From positions 1 through 59,629 of IMG/VR virus record IMGVR_UViG_3300008255_000012: DNA of 59,629 bases; one strand, given 5' to 3'. Shown in pieces: positions 15,959-25,191 of this stretch; positions within the stretch are counted from its first letter, which is position 1, and every line of letters begins with the position of its first letter. Origin of the DNA: a virus (taxonomy: Duplodnaviria > Caudoviricetes). The notes beneath the pieces are model-generated. The model saw only the letters and a list, made by a program, of their open reading frames with translations, ran no database searches and was not told where the DNA came from. Position numbers and translations under genes: made by a program.

Positions 15959-16560
15959 TTATGATTTCTGTTTTTGCTTATCATATTCACCAATTGCCCA
16001 CACAAGCGCATGGCAACACCATATAAACCTAGTCGTGTGCTCTTCACACGAATCTTCCCAGTCACAAGACAAATCAAATTCAGGTAATACCTCGCTTCAA
16101 ATTCAGACATTGTTCTGAACCATCCACCAGCACTAATATCATTATTTTCAAAATGCTCTTTTACTTCAGCTTTAAATTTGACAGCATTTTTACTTAATTT
16201 ATCTTGGCTAATATCATCAAAGAAATCGGCCATGTTAAAACATGCGTCGTTAACCATGCCGTTTATAATGCCCATGAAGCATTCTTCACTGAACTCTTTA
16301 GCCTTTCCTGCCTCAAGTTTTCCTCCCCAATAGTCAGGGTTTATACGGCCGCTTTCGCTTCTGAAAAACTCGAACATATCCTTAGTACGTTGGAATACAA
16401 AACAACCCATATCACCCGAATAACATAGGTGCCCAGGATAAGTGACAATATCAAAGTGATAACATGAGCTACCGCTTGAGCAATGCAAATGACGATAAAC
16501 GCCATCATCTTTAATAATTGTTAATTTGTGGTTCTTGGTATCTTCAACAAAGTTTGACAT
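15959..16560 (-). pseudogene. Conserved phage hypothetical with frameshift at ~16096 (or sequencing error)
   Basis: N-terminal DDGVYRHL..TYPGHLCYSGDMGCFVF; alternative frame restores RFIWCCHALVWAIGEYD C-terminus. Confidence 0.65.
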
Positions 16561-16827
16561 TTAATTACCCTTTACGTTATTGCCAAGATCACTAAGTTGC
16601 TGGCGTAGGAACGCCACATTTTTATGGCTAGCGACAATAGAGCCGTGGCCCATTAAGAAAAGTCTCTCACGCTTAACACCGTAGCGCTTAAGCCACTTCT
16701 TGTTTACTCGAAGGCAATAGCACTTACCGACCATCCAGCGCTTAAAGGTGATCTGTCTTTCTGGTGACTCGGTAAAGTCGGCCATTAGATGGCTTGCTAT
16801 TACCTGATTACCTTCGAAATAAAACAT
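16561..16827 (-). CDS. Hypothetical protein
   Basis: RVNKKWLKRYG motif; abuts neighbours. Confidence 0.6.
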   Translation of the reverse strand: MFYFEGNQVIASHLMADFTESPERQITFKRWMVGKCYCLRVNKKWLKRYGVKRERLFLMGHGSIVASHKNVAFLRQQLSDLGNNVKGN

Positions 16828-16830
16828 AGC

Positions 16831-17205
16831 CTACCCCTTTACCACTTCACAGCGATAATCACGTCCGTTGGCTTCCGGTGAGAATCTCCATGTCGAATAA
16901 CTGGTATCACTGACTAACAACCATGTTCCACAGCATGACCACTTAACTTTGAGTTCATAAATATGAGATTGATTGCAAGGGCTAAAGCGCACCTTATCGC
17001 CGTCGTAAATCTCATTGCCTAAGCTGTCGCACACACCGGTAAACTCTCGAATGCCGGCGGGGATATATCCGCGGCTCGGGCTGCAATTTTCAAGATGAAT
17101 GCCGTGAATAATCTCATCAAGCGTGAAGCAAGACTCACCATGTAGTTTATCGCCATCGGGACCGTTTTCAGTCCACGCCAAAACAAACTTCCTTAACTTA
17201 ATCAT
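16831..17205 (-). CDS. YopX-family protein
   Basis: EFTGVCDSLGNEIYDGDKV motif. Confidence 0.75.
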   Translation of the reverse strand: MIKLRKFVLAWTENGPDGDKLHGESCFTLDEIIHGIHLENCSPSRGYIPAGIREFTGVCDSLGNEIYDGDKVRFSPCNQSHIYELKVKWSCCGTWLLVSDTSYSTWRFSPEANGRDYRCEVVKG

Positions 17206-17237
17206 GCTGACCTCTAAACTTGTTTATTTTCATCTTT

Positions 17238-17266
17238 AATTTAGCCTTATTTGGTATATCGGTCAA
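17238..17266 (-). promoter_or_regulatory. Sigma70 promoter with GGTATAT-N6-ATATACC palindrome over the -35
   Basis: TTGACC-N17-TAAATT. Confidence 0.7.
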
Positions 17267-17279
17267 TATACCGGGCAAT

Positions 17280-17303
17280 AAAAAACGGGCACTAGGCCCG
17301 CTT
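17280..17303 (-). terminator. Intrinsic terminator
   Basis: CGGGC-CTAGT-GCCCG-TTTTTT. Confidence 0.7.
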
Positions 17304-17306
17304 TGT

Positions 17307-17552
17307 TTAACTACCGATTGCCCTAGATATGAAGTCGCTTAATCTAGAGAAAATGCCAGGCTTATGCGTTGGCGGAATCTGTTCTACTGGCTTTGCCACC
17401 CACTTCACAGACTCTTCTTTGTACCAATGAAGATGCGCTCTTTCTTCTAGAGCCTGTTCAACAGCCAAGGCCACCAGCGAAGGATCTGCTGTAGCGTGTA
17501 GTTCCACGCCTTTGTGCTTTCCAACACAACCCAAATTGCCATGTTTACTCAA
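17307..17552 (-). CDS. Hypothetical protein
   Basis: TTG start after AAGGAG. Confidence 0.55.
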   Translation of the reverse strand: MSKHGNLGCVGKHKGVELHATADPSLVALAVEQALEERAHLHWYKEESVKWVAKPVEQIPPTHKPGIFSRLSDFISRAIGS

Positions 17553-17722
17553 AGCTCTAACTCCTTTCTTAGTCTTGCAGCTTCTTTAATGTCCTCGATA
17601 CTGCGGCGGATGTTGCCGCGTTTAACCGAAGCAGCGCTTACCCTTACTTCTTTAGGTTCCTGAGTTTCAAAGCTATTAAGCTGGAATCGTACACGCTCTT
17701 TAAATTTGTCGGCGTCATTCAT
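17549..17722 (-). CDS. Hypothetical 57-aa protein (RRSIEDIKEAARLRKEL, DUF3545-like)
   Basis: Translationally coupled small ORF; not in track. Confidence 0.6.
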   Translation of the reverse strand: MNDADKFKERVRFQLNSFETQEPKEVRVSAASVKRGNIRRSIEDIKEAARLRKELEL

Positions 17723-17892
17723 TATTCACCTGCCTTTTCAATTAAATACAGATCACTATCTAACAGCTCACACCAAATAGGTCCTGCTTCGCCTTTAAGC
17801 TCAAATTGATGCCAGCTACCGTAATCACCAACATAAATAATCTGCTCTCGACCACCTTTAAATTGGTATGTGTCGCCTATAGTCAGAACCAT
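17722..17892 (-). CDS. Hypothetical 56-aa protein (MVLTIGDTYQF...)
   Basis: TGATG/TAATG-coupled; not in track. Confidence 0.6.
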   Translation of the reverse strand: MVLTIGDTYQFKGGREQIIYVGDYGSWHQFELKGEAGPIWCELLDSDLYLIEKAGE

Positions 17893-18062
17893 CACTCACC
17901 ATCCTTGGCTGATTCAATCCGCTTAATTATTTCAGTTGCTGCTGCAGTTCCAAGTTCTAAGTGAAGGTAACTTGTCAGTAATGCTACCGTATCTTCAAGT
18001 TTGCTAACTCTTAGGAGTAGCTTCTCAATAGCCTCTTTGCACGCTTTCTGCTGTATTCCCAT
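17892..18062 (-). CDS. Hypothetical 56-aa protein (MGIQQKACK...)
   Basis: TAATG/TGATG-coupled; not in track. Confidence 0.6.
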   Translation of the reverse strand: MGIQQKACKEAIEKLLLRVSKLEDTVALLTSYLHLELGTAAATEIIKRIESAKDGE

Positions 18063-18601
18063 TACTCACCACCCTTAGCCGACTTGCTGATGCTATCGGC
18101 GTATTTATTACCTTTAATTAAGCCAGCAATGAAACCAGTATTCCCAGTGCAGTAACTTAACTCGTTTAATGCGTTACGCGCTTCCATTGCGTTGCTGTCT
18201 CCCCATGGGCGTGTGTCATAGGCATAGTTATCTTTAACGTGGTTACGTGCCGACTGATAAACGTCATAGACGGTTAGTTCAGCAGTGACGCCACCACTGA
18301 GATAAGCCCCGAGTGGTACTTCAGCAAAGTTCATCACGGCCTTGGCGCGGATATCGGCAATTAAAAGTTGCTCACTTCCATGAACAGGCTCCCAGTCATT
18401 ACTATCAAACCAGTTATCGACAGGTTCAAGATCGCCGTTTAAATGCCACCCTGAGATCATTAAATTTCTACCGCAAAAGCTATCACGAACATCATCAAGC
18501 TTATTATTCGCTTCAGATAATGCAGCGGCTAATCGGTCTCGATCGCTTTCAATCTCTGCCACTCTGTTTTGGCACTCGATTAACATGTCATTAATACTCA
18601 T
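18062..18601 (-). CDS. Hypothetical protein
   Basis: GWHLNGDLEP.D motif, 179 aa. Confidence 0.65.
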   Translation of the reverse strand: MSINDMLIECQNRVAEIESDRDRLAAALSEANNKLDDVRDSFCGRNLMISGWHLNGDLEPVDNWFDSNDWEPVHGSEQLLIADIRAKAVMNFAEVPLGAYLSGGVTAELTVYDVYQSARNHVKDNYAYDTRPWGDSNAMEARNALNELSYCTGNTGFIAGLIKGNKYADSISKSAKGGE

Positions 18602-18604
18602 AGA

Positions 18605-19210
18605 TTACTCCTCACACTTTGAACAGGGACGGCCAAAAGCGCAGCGCTCTTGATAGTCAGATTTTGTTACGAACTTCTTACAGCTTGGGCACCGTGGATT
18701 TTTTGGCATATCTTCTATTAGCTTTTGCTTTTGCCAATCTGAAATGTGATCCCACCCTCCCTGGACAGTAAATAGCTTGTCGGCCATTTCATCTGTGATC
18801 TCATATGGAACGGTAGAAGCTATCCAGCCGATGTTAACTATGTGAAGCGAGTTACACGTTTTAATAAGCTGTTCGTGCTCATCGTTTAGATAGTTTTCAA
18901 TGTTTGCTCGGCTGTAAGGCGCATCGAAGTTAATTACTTTTTGCTTGATGTACTCTTGCCCATCTTGGCGGCGGCATAGCACAGCAAGGTACAAGGACCA
19001 TTTGAAAGCCACTGTTTGCAGTGATTTTGCAATTGACGGCCCTATATTAACTGGTGACAGCTCTTTCTTATCGAAGGCGTATGTTTCCAGCTTACCGCCG
19101 ATAAAGACTAATAGCAGGTCACTGGTGCCGTATAGCGCCATGGTTGATAAGCGCTTAAGCTGGCAATTTTTCTTATTGCGCTTTTTTGGGGTTCCGTTCT
19201 TAGGCATCAA
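18605..19210 (-). CDS. Conserved phage protein with C-terminal Cys cluster
   Basis: KWSLYLAVLCRRQDGQEYIK; CPSC...C....PCSKC. Confidence 0.65.
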   Translation of the reverse strand: MMPKNGTPKKRNKKNCQLKRLSTMALYGTSDLLLVFIGGKLETYAFDKKELSPVNIGPSIAKSLQTVAFKWSLYLAVLCRRQDGQEYIKQKVINFDAPYSRANIENYLNDEHEQLIKTCNSLHIVNIGWIASTVPYEITDEMADKLFTVQGGWDHISDWQKQKLIEDMPKNPRCPSCKKFVTKSDYQERCAFGRPCSKCEE

Positions 19211-19212
19211 AA

Positions 19213-19662
19213 TTACTCCGCAAGCTTAAGAATAAATGGCTTCATTTCTACCCATAAGGCTGCAGATTTTTCACCGTCAATTTCTTTAACCTCATCGTAA
19301 CCTGCATTAACCCAGAATTCTTTTGTATGATTCTGACAACCTATTGTTATGTGAGTATCCGTAATTGTTACATGATGATATTTCGATGATATTGTGATTG
19401 CCTTTTTAGTGCAGAACTCCGCATCGCCGTATACCCGCGCATCGCCGGATACCTCCGCATTGCCGGATACCCGCGCATCGCCGTATACCCGCGCATCGCC
19501 GTATACCCACGCATTGCCGTCATGGCTTAAATTTATTTCAGACTCAACCCAACCGCCAATATCCCCAGATTGAATGGATGCAAATGCTGTTACGCAAACA
19601 ATTTGCTTCAATGTTTTTCCTCGGAAAGTTTTTTCTTTTCCAGTAAATTTATATTTTTCCAT
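19213..19662 (-). CDS. Hexapeptide (VYGDAR) repeat left-handed beta-helix protein
   Basis: GGWVESEINLS then (V[YS]G[DN]A[RE])n; TIGCQNH C-terminus. Confidence 0.8.
   Translation of the reverse strand: MEKYKFTGKEKTFRGKTLKQIVCVTAFASIQSGDIGGWVESEINLSHDGNAWVYGDARVYGDARVSGNAEVSGDARVYGDAEFCTKKAITISSKYHHVTITDTHITIGCQNHTKEFWVNAGYDEVKEIDGEKSAALWVEMKPFILKLAE
19421..19520. repeat. 18-bp tandem repeat (~5.5 copies) encoding hexapeptides
   Basis: gcatcgccg[t/g]atacc[c/t][g/c]c units. Confidence 0.85.
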
Positions 19663-19685
19663 TATTATCACCATTTTGATTAGTT

Positions 19686-20009
19686 TTAATTGATAAAGTT
19701 TTTCTTAACTGCATCGATCAAGCAGTTGGCAACTACAGGATCAAGTCCGCTATAGCTAAACTCGCCTGTTTTAGTGTTTACAGATAATCGCCCATAAGAC
19801 AGCTTTGCACGTAGTACAAGCGCTTTAGTTAGTGTTACGGGCTCATTATCAACTGTTGCGCCAGTTACCTTGCCTGTGCGTTCATCTGACTCAATACGCA
19901 GGCCATACACAGATTCTAGGTCTGCAATGTTAATTACAGGCGCTCCTGCATCGAACCAAGATTTACAAATCTGTTTAAATTTAATTTCACTGTTGTTTTT
20001 CATCGTCAT
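19686..20009 (-). CDS. Hypothetical protein
   Basis: GGAG SD; first gene after promoter at 20031-20059. Confidence 0.6.
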   Translation of the reverse strand: MTMKNNSEIKFKQICKSWFDAGAPVINIADLESVYGLRIESDERTGKVTGATVDNEPVTLTKALVLRAKLSYGRLSVNTKTGEFSYSGLDPVVANCLIDAVKKNFIN

Positions 20010-20030
20010 TATCTCCAATTAACTGAGGAT

Positions 20031-20059
20031 AGGTTAATCTAAATAAGCAAGAAATTCAA
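20031..20059 (-). promoter_or_regulatory. Sigma70 promoter
   Basis: TTGAAT-N17-TAACCT. Confidence 0.6.
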
Positions 20060-20084
20060 ACGTAATTTGGTTTATTTTAGAAAT

Positions 20085-20110
20085 AAAAAAACACCGGTTA
20101 AGGTGTTTTT
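20085..20110. terminator. Bidirectional terminator
   Basis: AAAAAAACACC-GGTTAA-GGTGTTTTT. Confidence 0.7.
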
Positions 20111-20126
20111 GTTTAGATAAATTCGG

Positions 20127-20420
20127 TTATGAAATCAACACGCAGCGCAGCCGCCCATTGACCATAGTGACTCGCCAGTCGTTATCTTGCTTAAGTCGAT
20201 TGATTAGCGTGTATTTACTCGTATTCAACATCATGGCCGCATCTTCATGTTTATGTTCAGACATGTAATCCGCTAGCGTTTGTGCAGTATTTAAATTATC
20301 ACTAGCAGTTTCTACAGAACCGATAATGTTTGATAGTTCACTAAAGCTTTTCTCAAAATCAGACCTGATACGTGCTAGATCAGATTTTTTTTGCTTTTTT
20401 AGCTCATCACCCTTACTCAT
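20127..20420 (-). CDS. Hypothetical protein, possible C-terminal HTH
   Basis: DAAMMLNTSKYTLINRL. Confidence 0.5.
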   Translation of the reverse strand: MSKGDELKKQKKSDLARIRSDFEKSFSELSNIIGSVETASDNLNTAQTLADYMSEHKHEDAAMMLNTSKYTLINRLKQDNDWRVTMVNGRLRCVLIS

Positions 20421-20469
20421 AAAAACCCCAATCAACAAAATTAATGAACTTATTTTAACACCATCATTG

Positions 20470-21375
20470 TTAAATCTCCAAGCTTTCATATCCACCGAAA
20501 TCTACTGCTAAGTCTCCCATCAATCCACTAAACTCTTTAGCGCAAAGAATAAAATCAGCATCTAGTCTAGCAGCCACATTATCAGTACCTACTTCATCAT
20601 TACTCGCCATAAACTCCTCAGCAAATTTAATGCGCTTTAGCGAGCCATCTGAACAAGCAATGAATGACATCGACTGTTCGTAGTTAAGCGCCAACTTGTG
20701 CACCTGCTTACCTGTTTCGATATGGGCCAGCACTTCATCTTCTCTAAGGTCTTGGTCTTTGAATCGTGCAATGCCAGTTTCATCACAGCGCAATTCAGCT
20801 TCATGCTGTACCTCAAAAGGTGAAGGCGCTGCGCTCGCTTCAATCCATTTAGTTAAAGTTGATTCAATAGGTGTTTTGTAGCTAAGAGGAATAACTGGCA
20901 AACTTCCTATCGCCTTACGCAGCAACGCAAGCAAATCTTCAGCTTTCGAATAGCTTGAGCTATCAACCAGAATCAATTGCGACTCAGGCATGATTAAGGC
21001 GCGTGTAACTGATTGACGGGTGAATGCGCGTGGCAGCAGATCTTGAATAACTTCATCCTTGAGCGAATCTTTTTCTTTCTTAGCCAGCTTTCTACCTTCT
21101 ACCTGTTCGATTAATTCAACCTTGGCATCTAAAGCCTCTTTAACAACTAACGATGGCAGCATCTTAGCCTCTTTGGTCACTGCTACCATGTGATAACATT
21201 CAGCGCTGTGAACCAGAGTGTTGCCCTGCTTACCTAGTGCGTTTGAAAATCCAAACTTACTAATATCTTGGCTTGAACATGGGCTGAATTTAAAATCTGC
21301 CATTGCAGACTCTAATGCTGCCGCATCAACTTCGAATGGTTTGTTAAATCTGAAAGCTATAATATTTTTAAACAT
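20470..21375 (-). CDS. rdgC: Recombination-associated protein RdgC
   Basis: [53 protein letters not shown]. Confidence 0.95.
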   Translation of the reverse strand: MFKNIIAFRFNKPFEVDAAALESAMADFKFSPCSSQDISKFGFSNALGKQGNTLVHSAECYHMVAVTKEAKMLPSLVVKEALDAKVELIEQVEGRKLAKKEKDSLKDEVIQDLLPRAFTRQSVTRALIMPESQLILVDSSSYSKAEDLLALLRKAIGSLPVIPLSYKTPIESTLTKWIEASAAPSPFEVQHEAELRCDETGIARFKDQDLREDEVLAHIETGKQVHKLALNYEQSMSFIACSDGSLKRIKFAEEFMASNDEVGTDNVAARLDADFILCAKEFSGLMGDLAVDFGGYESLEI

Positions 21376-21377
21376 AA

Positions 21378-21668
21378 TTAACCCTTAGCCTTTTCATTTT
21401 TGTCTAATTTTCTGCCGCAATAGCAGCAAAAATTTGCCAGTAAACTTTGTTCGAGTTTTTTTAAGCTGGATCTATGTCCGCCACCCTTTTTAGGCAGGCG
21501 ATACTCTGCCAATACTTTTGGGTTTACAGGGCTGTAATCTCCGCCGCTTATAAAAAACACGCTATTTTGCCAGCGCACATCTAAATCAATGCAACCATCA
21601 GGCATTTGTTCTATTACGGCATCTTTAACAAGCTTAAGATTATCTTCAAAACACGTACATTTGCTCAT
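21378..21668 (-). CDS. Zn-binding hypothetical protein
   Basis: CTC N-terminus, FCCYCGRK C-terminus. Confidence 0.65.
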   Translation of the reverse strand: MSKCTCFEDNLKLVKDAVIEQMPDGCIDLDVRWQNSVFFISGGDYSPVNPKVLAEYRLPKKGGGHRSSLKKLEQSLLANFCCYCGRKLDKNEKAKG

Positions 21669-21703
21669 TGTTATCTCCTTTGCGGCCGTAGCCGCATTGT
21701 TGG

Positions 21704-22786
21704 TTAGTAAGTTATTTTTACGTTTGGCACTTTATTTGCTGCAATTAACTTAATAGCTAAAGCAGCCTGCTCTTCACTGACTCCGCCTATTATCATCGCA
21801 CCGAGCATTAATCGATGAATGTTGCCGCGGTGTTTTTTATCTGACTCAAGCGCTGCCTGCTCTGCCGCCAAATCCGCTGCAACTTTATTTTGTCGGTCAA
21901 TCTCTGCCTGCTTTGCGGCTTCAACATCGGCTATGCGGCGGTTTTCTGCATCAATGGCGGCCTGTTGCGCTGCTGCTTCTAGGTCAAGGCGTCGCTGTTC
22001 TGCTTGCTGAGCGTCAATGATCGCTTGCTGCTCACGAGCTAATGCCGCCTGCGCTGCCAACTCTGCTTGTTCAGCCGCTTCTTTTGCTGCTTGGTCTTTG
22101 ATGCGCTGATCTCGTTCGATTTGCTGTTGTTCTGCAATTCGATCTTGCTCGGCCTTATCTCTTGCTGCTTTTTCTGCTCGCAAAGCCTCAAGCTCAATTC
22201 GATCTTGCTCTAAGCGTTCAGCTTCGATACGGGCGTTTACTGCTGAAGCATGGCAGGCATAAAGCGCTTCGATAGCTGTTGCCTGCGCTGCAATGGCATC
22301 ATCCAGCAAGCGTCCAAACGCTTCTTTGCTGACATCAAGATTACTAATCTCTTCGATTTTTTCGCTAATCTCATTTTCAGATTTATCGCTTGCCCACATG
22401 CGGATATTATTCATATCAGCAATTAATTGCTTACGCGCTTCAAGCTCTTCTTTTTTGCGAGTGTCAACAGCTTGGTAAGCATATTTATGAGGATTTTCGA
22501 TCGCCTCTAGGCTTTCCTTGATTTCTTTTGCCTGCGAGTCAATTAGGCGGCTGTAGTCAAGATACGGCTGCTTCTTTTCTTTGCGCACGCTCTCTAAGTT
22601 GGTGCGAATTTCTCTGCATGTTAACGCCGCATTTTTGCTAAACTCATAGCCATCACGAGTTGAGCAATCAGGAACTACCGCGCCAAAGTCACTGCGCAGC
22701 TTTTCAAGCTCTGCTGCAATATGGCTGTATTCGGTTACTGTTCCAACTGCGAGGTTTTTGTTAATTTCGCCTACGATATCAATCAT
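21704..22786 (-). CDS. Long coiled-coil protein of the recombination region (DUF1351-like)
   Basis: LESVRKEKKQPYL..RLIDSQAK; Ala/Glu/Gln-rich; KVPNVKITY end. Confidence 0.6.
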   Translation of the reverse strand: MIDIVGEINKNLAVGTVTEYSHIAAELEKLRSDFGAVVPDCSTRDGYEFSKNAALTCREIRTNLESVRKEKKQPYLDYSRLIDSQAKEIKESLEAIENPHKYAYQAVDTRKKEELEARKQLIADMNNIRMWASDKSENEISEKIEEISNLDVSKEAFGRLLDDAIAAQATAIEALYACHASAVNARIEAERLEQDRIELEALRAEKAARDKAEQDRIAEQQQIERDQRIKDQAAKEAAEQAELAAQAALAREQQAIIDAQQAEQRRLDLEAAAQQAAIDAENRRIADVEAAKQAEIDRQNKVAADLAAEQAALESDKKHRGNIHRLMLGAMIIGGVSEEQAALAIKLIAANKVPNVKITY

Positions 22787-22790
22787 GGTT

Positions 22791-23576
22791 TTACTCTCCT
22801 AATTTGGCTTTTTTAGCCGCTGCTGTTTCCGCCTTAACTTGCTCAAGGCGCTTATTCATGTACTGATCTATTTTTGCCATGTACGGCGTAGAGTCGATAC
22901 CTATCTTCTTAAACGCTCTGAATATTTCAGATTTATAAGCTGCTGCTTGAGCTTCAATACTTAAAGGTAAACTGTTTTCAGAAAACGATTCGCACATAGA
23001 TTTCACCTTGGCCACAAGCGCCTCAATCTTGCCTGCTTTCTCGCTTTCGTTTTTAATAGCAATTTCTTCTTGCTGCATTTCGATATAATGCTTGTCATCC
23101 ATAAGCCCTAGGAATATATCTGCGCCAAAACCTAGCATTGATAAGCTTTTCTTGATCGCATCAGCTAATGTCTTTTTGTAATACTCATCATCAAATTTAG
23201 GACCATAGCTTGTGCGCATGAGCTTTGGCGTGTGGCCAGCCTGAACTGGCATTTCAATTTTTTCATTATCCAGCATGTACCAAAGTCGAATGATTAGCGT
23301 GTGAACAACTTCGCGCTCTTCGTTAATCATGATCGTATTACCGCTTTCATCTTTGTAGCTAGACTCTTTGGTAATAATTGCGCCAACGTCGTTACGCTCA
23401 TCTACCACTTCATAGCCCCACCCTTTTCCTATAGGTCCAAACTGCTTAGTTGCCATCATCACGACAGACTGAAGGCTAAACGTAGTTATGTCGCGCCCGC
23501 CAAGTTTGGCCGTTTTGGTGTACTTCTGGTCAATACTGGAATTCGCATTCCATATATCCATGTTTTTATTGCTCAT
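22791..23576 (-). CDS. Rad52/Sak-like single-strand annealing protein
   Basis: KYTK..GGR..T...ATKQFGPIGKGWG, KKTLADAIKKSLSMLGFGADIFLG. Confidence 0.6.
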   Translation of the reverse strand: MSNKNMDIWNANSSIDQKYTKTAKLGGRDITTFSLQSVVMMATKQFGPIGKGWGYEVVDERNDVGAIITKESSYKDESGNTIMINEEREVVHTLIIRLWYMLDNEKIEMPVQAGHTPKLMRTSYGPKFDDEYYKKTLADAIKKSLSMLGFGADIFLGLMDDKHYIEMQQEEIAIKNESEKAGKIEALVAKVKSMCESFSENSLPLSIEAQAAAYKSEIFRAFKKIGIDSTPYMAKIDQYMNKRLEQVKAETAAAKKAKLGE

Positions 23577-23742
23577 CGCTTTCTCCACAATCTCTAGTTG
23601 CACCGCCATCTACCAAAACCCAACCGCATAAGTCTTGGCTTTTACCTTCTACAAGTTCACGGTCTTGTGCGTCCATTGTTGAGACGACAAGAAAAGAAAC
23701 TATTGCAGCCAAGGCCCATAATAAATCCGCTTTATTTCGCAT
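23566..23742 (-). CDS. Small membrane/exported protein, first gene of leftward arm
   Basis: GGAG SD; LLWALAAIVSFLVVSTMD. Confidence 0.55.
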   Translation of the reverse strand: MRNKADLLWALAAIVSFLVVSTMDAQDRELVEGKSQDLCGWVLVDGGATRDCGESDEQ

Positions 23743-23774
23743 CACATAAACTCCAAAACCGTTTTGATGAGGCA

Positions 23775-23804
23775 AGTTTAGACTAATGATATTGTTTAAG
23801 TCAA
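23775..23804 (-). promoter_or_regulatory. Leftward early promoter
   Basis: TTGACT-N18-TAAACT at the strand switch. Confidence 0.65.
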
Positions 23805-23864
23805 TCATTTATTTTTGCCTATTTTGGTGTATACTGCTCGAAATTAAACAACGAGGAAATACCC

Positions 23865-24104
23865 ATGACAGCACTAGAAGAGCTTTGCAAAAAATTATCA
23901 CGCAAGAAACACGCTAACGCAGAAGAAGCTATTTACCACAGCGAAATTGCACCACTGGCATTTGCTGCAAAAATCCAATTTGAACAGCTAGAGAAGCGGT
24001 ATGCGATAGCTTTTGATGCGCTTAATACGATTTCAAGAGGGCACCAGGTAAATGCGGCATGCGCTGCTGATGATGCTATTGAGGCGATAGATAGCTGTGA
24101 TTAG
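23865..24104 (+). CDS. Hypothetical protein, first rightward gene
   Basis: GAGG SD. Confidence 0.65.
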   Translation: MTALEELCKKLSRKKHANAEEAIYHSEIAPLAFAAKIQFEQLEKRYAIAFDALNTISRGHQVNAACAADDAIEAIDSCD

Positions 24105-24159
24105 TGCCAGATAAACAAAATTTTATGGGATTTATTTGCCATGAATCGCCATAAAGACT

Positions 24160-24189
24160 TTGACAATACTTGTCATAAAACTGTACAGT
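24160..24189 (+). promoter_or_regulatory. Rightward promoter with TGACAA-tac-TTGTCA operator over the -35
   Basis: TTGACA-N18-TACAGT. Confidence 0.7.
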
Positions 24190-24205
24190 TTGTGTATCTT
24201 AAATA

Positions 24206-24409
24206 ATGGAGTTAAAAAAAATGGCGCGTATTGGTGTTGAGTTTAGCGATAAACAGGTTTTGCAAATTGATGACATAGTAAAGGCTTCAGGCTTTGGTAA
24301 GTCTCGCGTTGCAAGGGCTGCTATGCAGATTGGTTTAAAGGCCATTCGCGAGGCAGAAAAGCGTGACGAGATGATTGCGATTAATGACTTAAAGGCTTTG
24401 AATTTGTAA
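24206..24409 (+). CDS. Ribbon-helix-helix-like regulator
   Basis: RIGVEF..IDDIV..GKSRVARAAMQIGL. Confidence 0.6.
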   Translation: MELKKMARIGVEFSDKQVLQIDDIVKASGFGKSRVARAAMQIGLKAIREAEKRDEMIAINDLKALNL

Positions 24410-24412
24410 ATC

Positions 24413-25189
24413 GTGGGGTGGGTTATTAAGTGGATAAAACACGACACAGACGCTAATCAGGACGCAAAGCTTCAAAATGTTTTACTTGATTACGGTCTGG
24501 AAGGTTATGGGCTTTATTGGTATTGCATTGAGCTAATAGCAGGCAAGGTCGATAAGGATAATATTACTTTTGAATTGGAGCATGATGCGAGAATTATTGC
24601 TAGAAATGTTGGTTCTACTGCGCAAAAAGTAGAAGAAATCATGCGTTATTTTGTAAAAACAGGGCTTTTTGAGGATGCAAACGGTGTCATTACATGCTTA
24701 AAGATAGCCAGAAGGCTAGATCAATCAATGACAAGTAACAGGCAAATGCGTGAAATCATTGAGAATTTAAAGAGTCATGACTCAGTCATGACTCAGTCAG
24801 CAAAACCCATGCAAGATGAGATCAGAGGAGAAGAGAATATAAAAGATATAGGTGATAAATCACCTGTGCCACTGCAACAAGTTTTAGATGCTTACCACGA
24901 GCTATTGCCGATGATGCCAAGCGTTCAGATTTTTACTGATAAACGAAAATCGATGGTTAGATCATTTTGGAAAAAGCGCTCAGCAGAGCACAAGGCAGCA
25001 GGGAGAGTTTTTACTATTGATAGTTTGAGAGGGTATTTCAATTATATTTCCCACCACTGTCAATGGATGCTTACAGACAGAGACAACGGTAAGGGTGGCG
25101 TTTGGAAAGCTAAAAACTTTGATTATGTGATGAAAGACGATTGCTACGTTGCAGTGAAAGAGCAGCGTTTTGACAACAAGGGAAATTAG
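24413..25189 (+). CDS. Replication initiator (DUF4373/Lin1244-like N-terminus)
   Basis: KWIKHD..DAKL...YGLEGYGLYW; precedes DnaB; internal iterons. Confidence 0.8.
   Translation: MGWVIKWIKHDTDANQDAKLQNVLLDYGLEGYGLYWYCIELIAGKVDKDNITFELEHDARIIARNVGSTAQKVEEIMRYFVKTGLFEDANGVITCLKIARRLDQSMTSNRQMREIIENLKSHDSVMTQSAKPMQDEIRGEENIKDIGDKSPVPLQQVLDAYHELLPMMPSVQIFTDKRKSMVRSFWKKRSAEHKAAGRVFTIDSLRGYFNYISHHCQWMLTDRDNGKGGVWKAKNFDYVMKDDCYVAVKEQRFDNKGN
24772..24850. other. Putative replication origin inside initiator gene
   Basis: GAGTCATGACTC-AGTCATGACTC-AGTCAG 11-bp palindromic iterons followed by A/G-rich tract. Confidence 0.55.
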
Positions 25190-25191
25190 CA

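Noticed and set aside
19421-19520. CRISPR or guide-RNA array
   Set aside because: Repeats are contiguous 18-mers without spacers and encode hexapeptide repeats; no cas or Nop-domain gene was recognised
24206-24409. CI/Cro immunity switch
   Set aside because: The protein looks RHH-like, and there is no divergent HTH-S24 repressor
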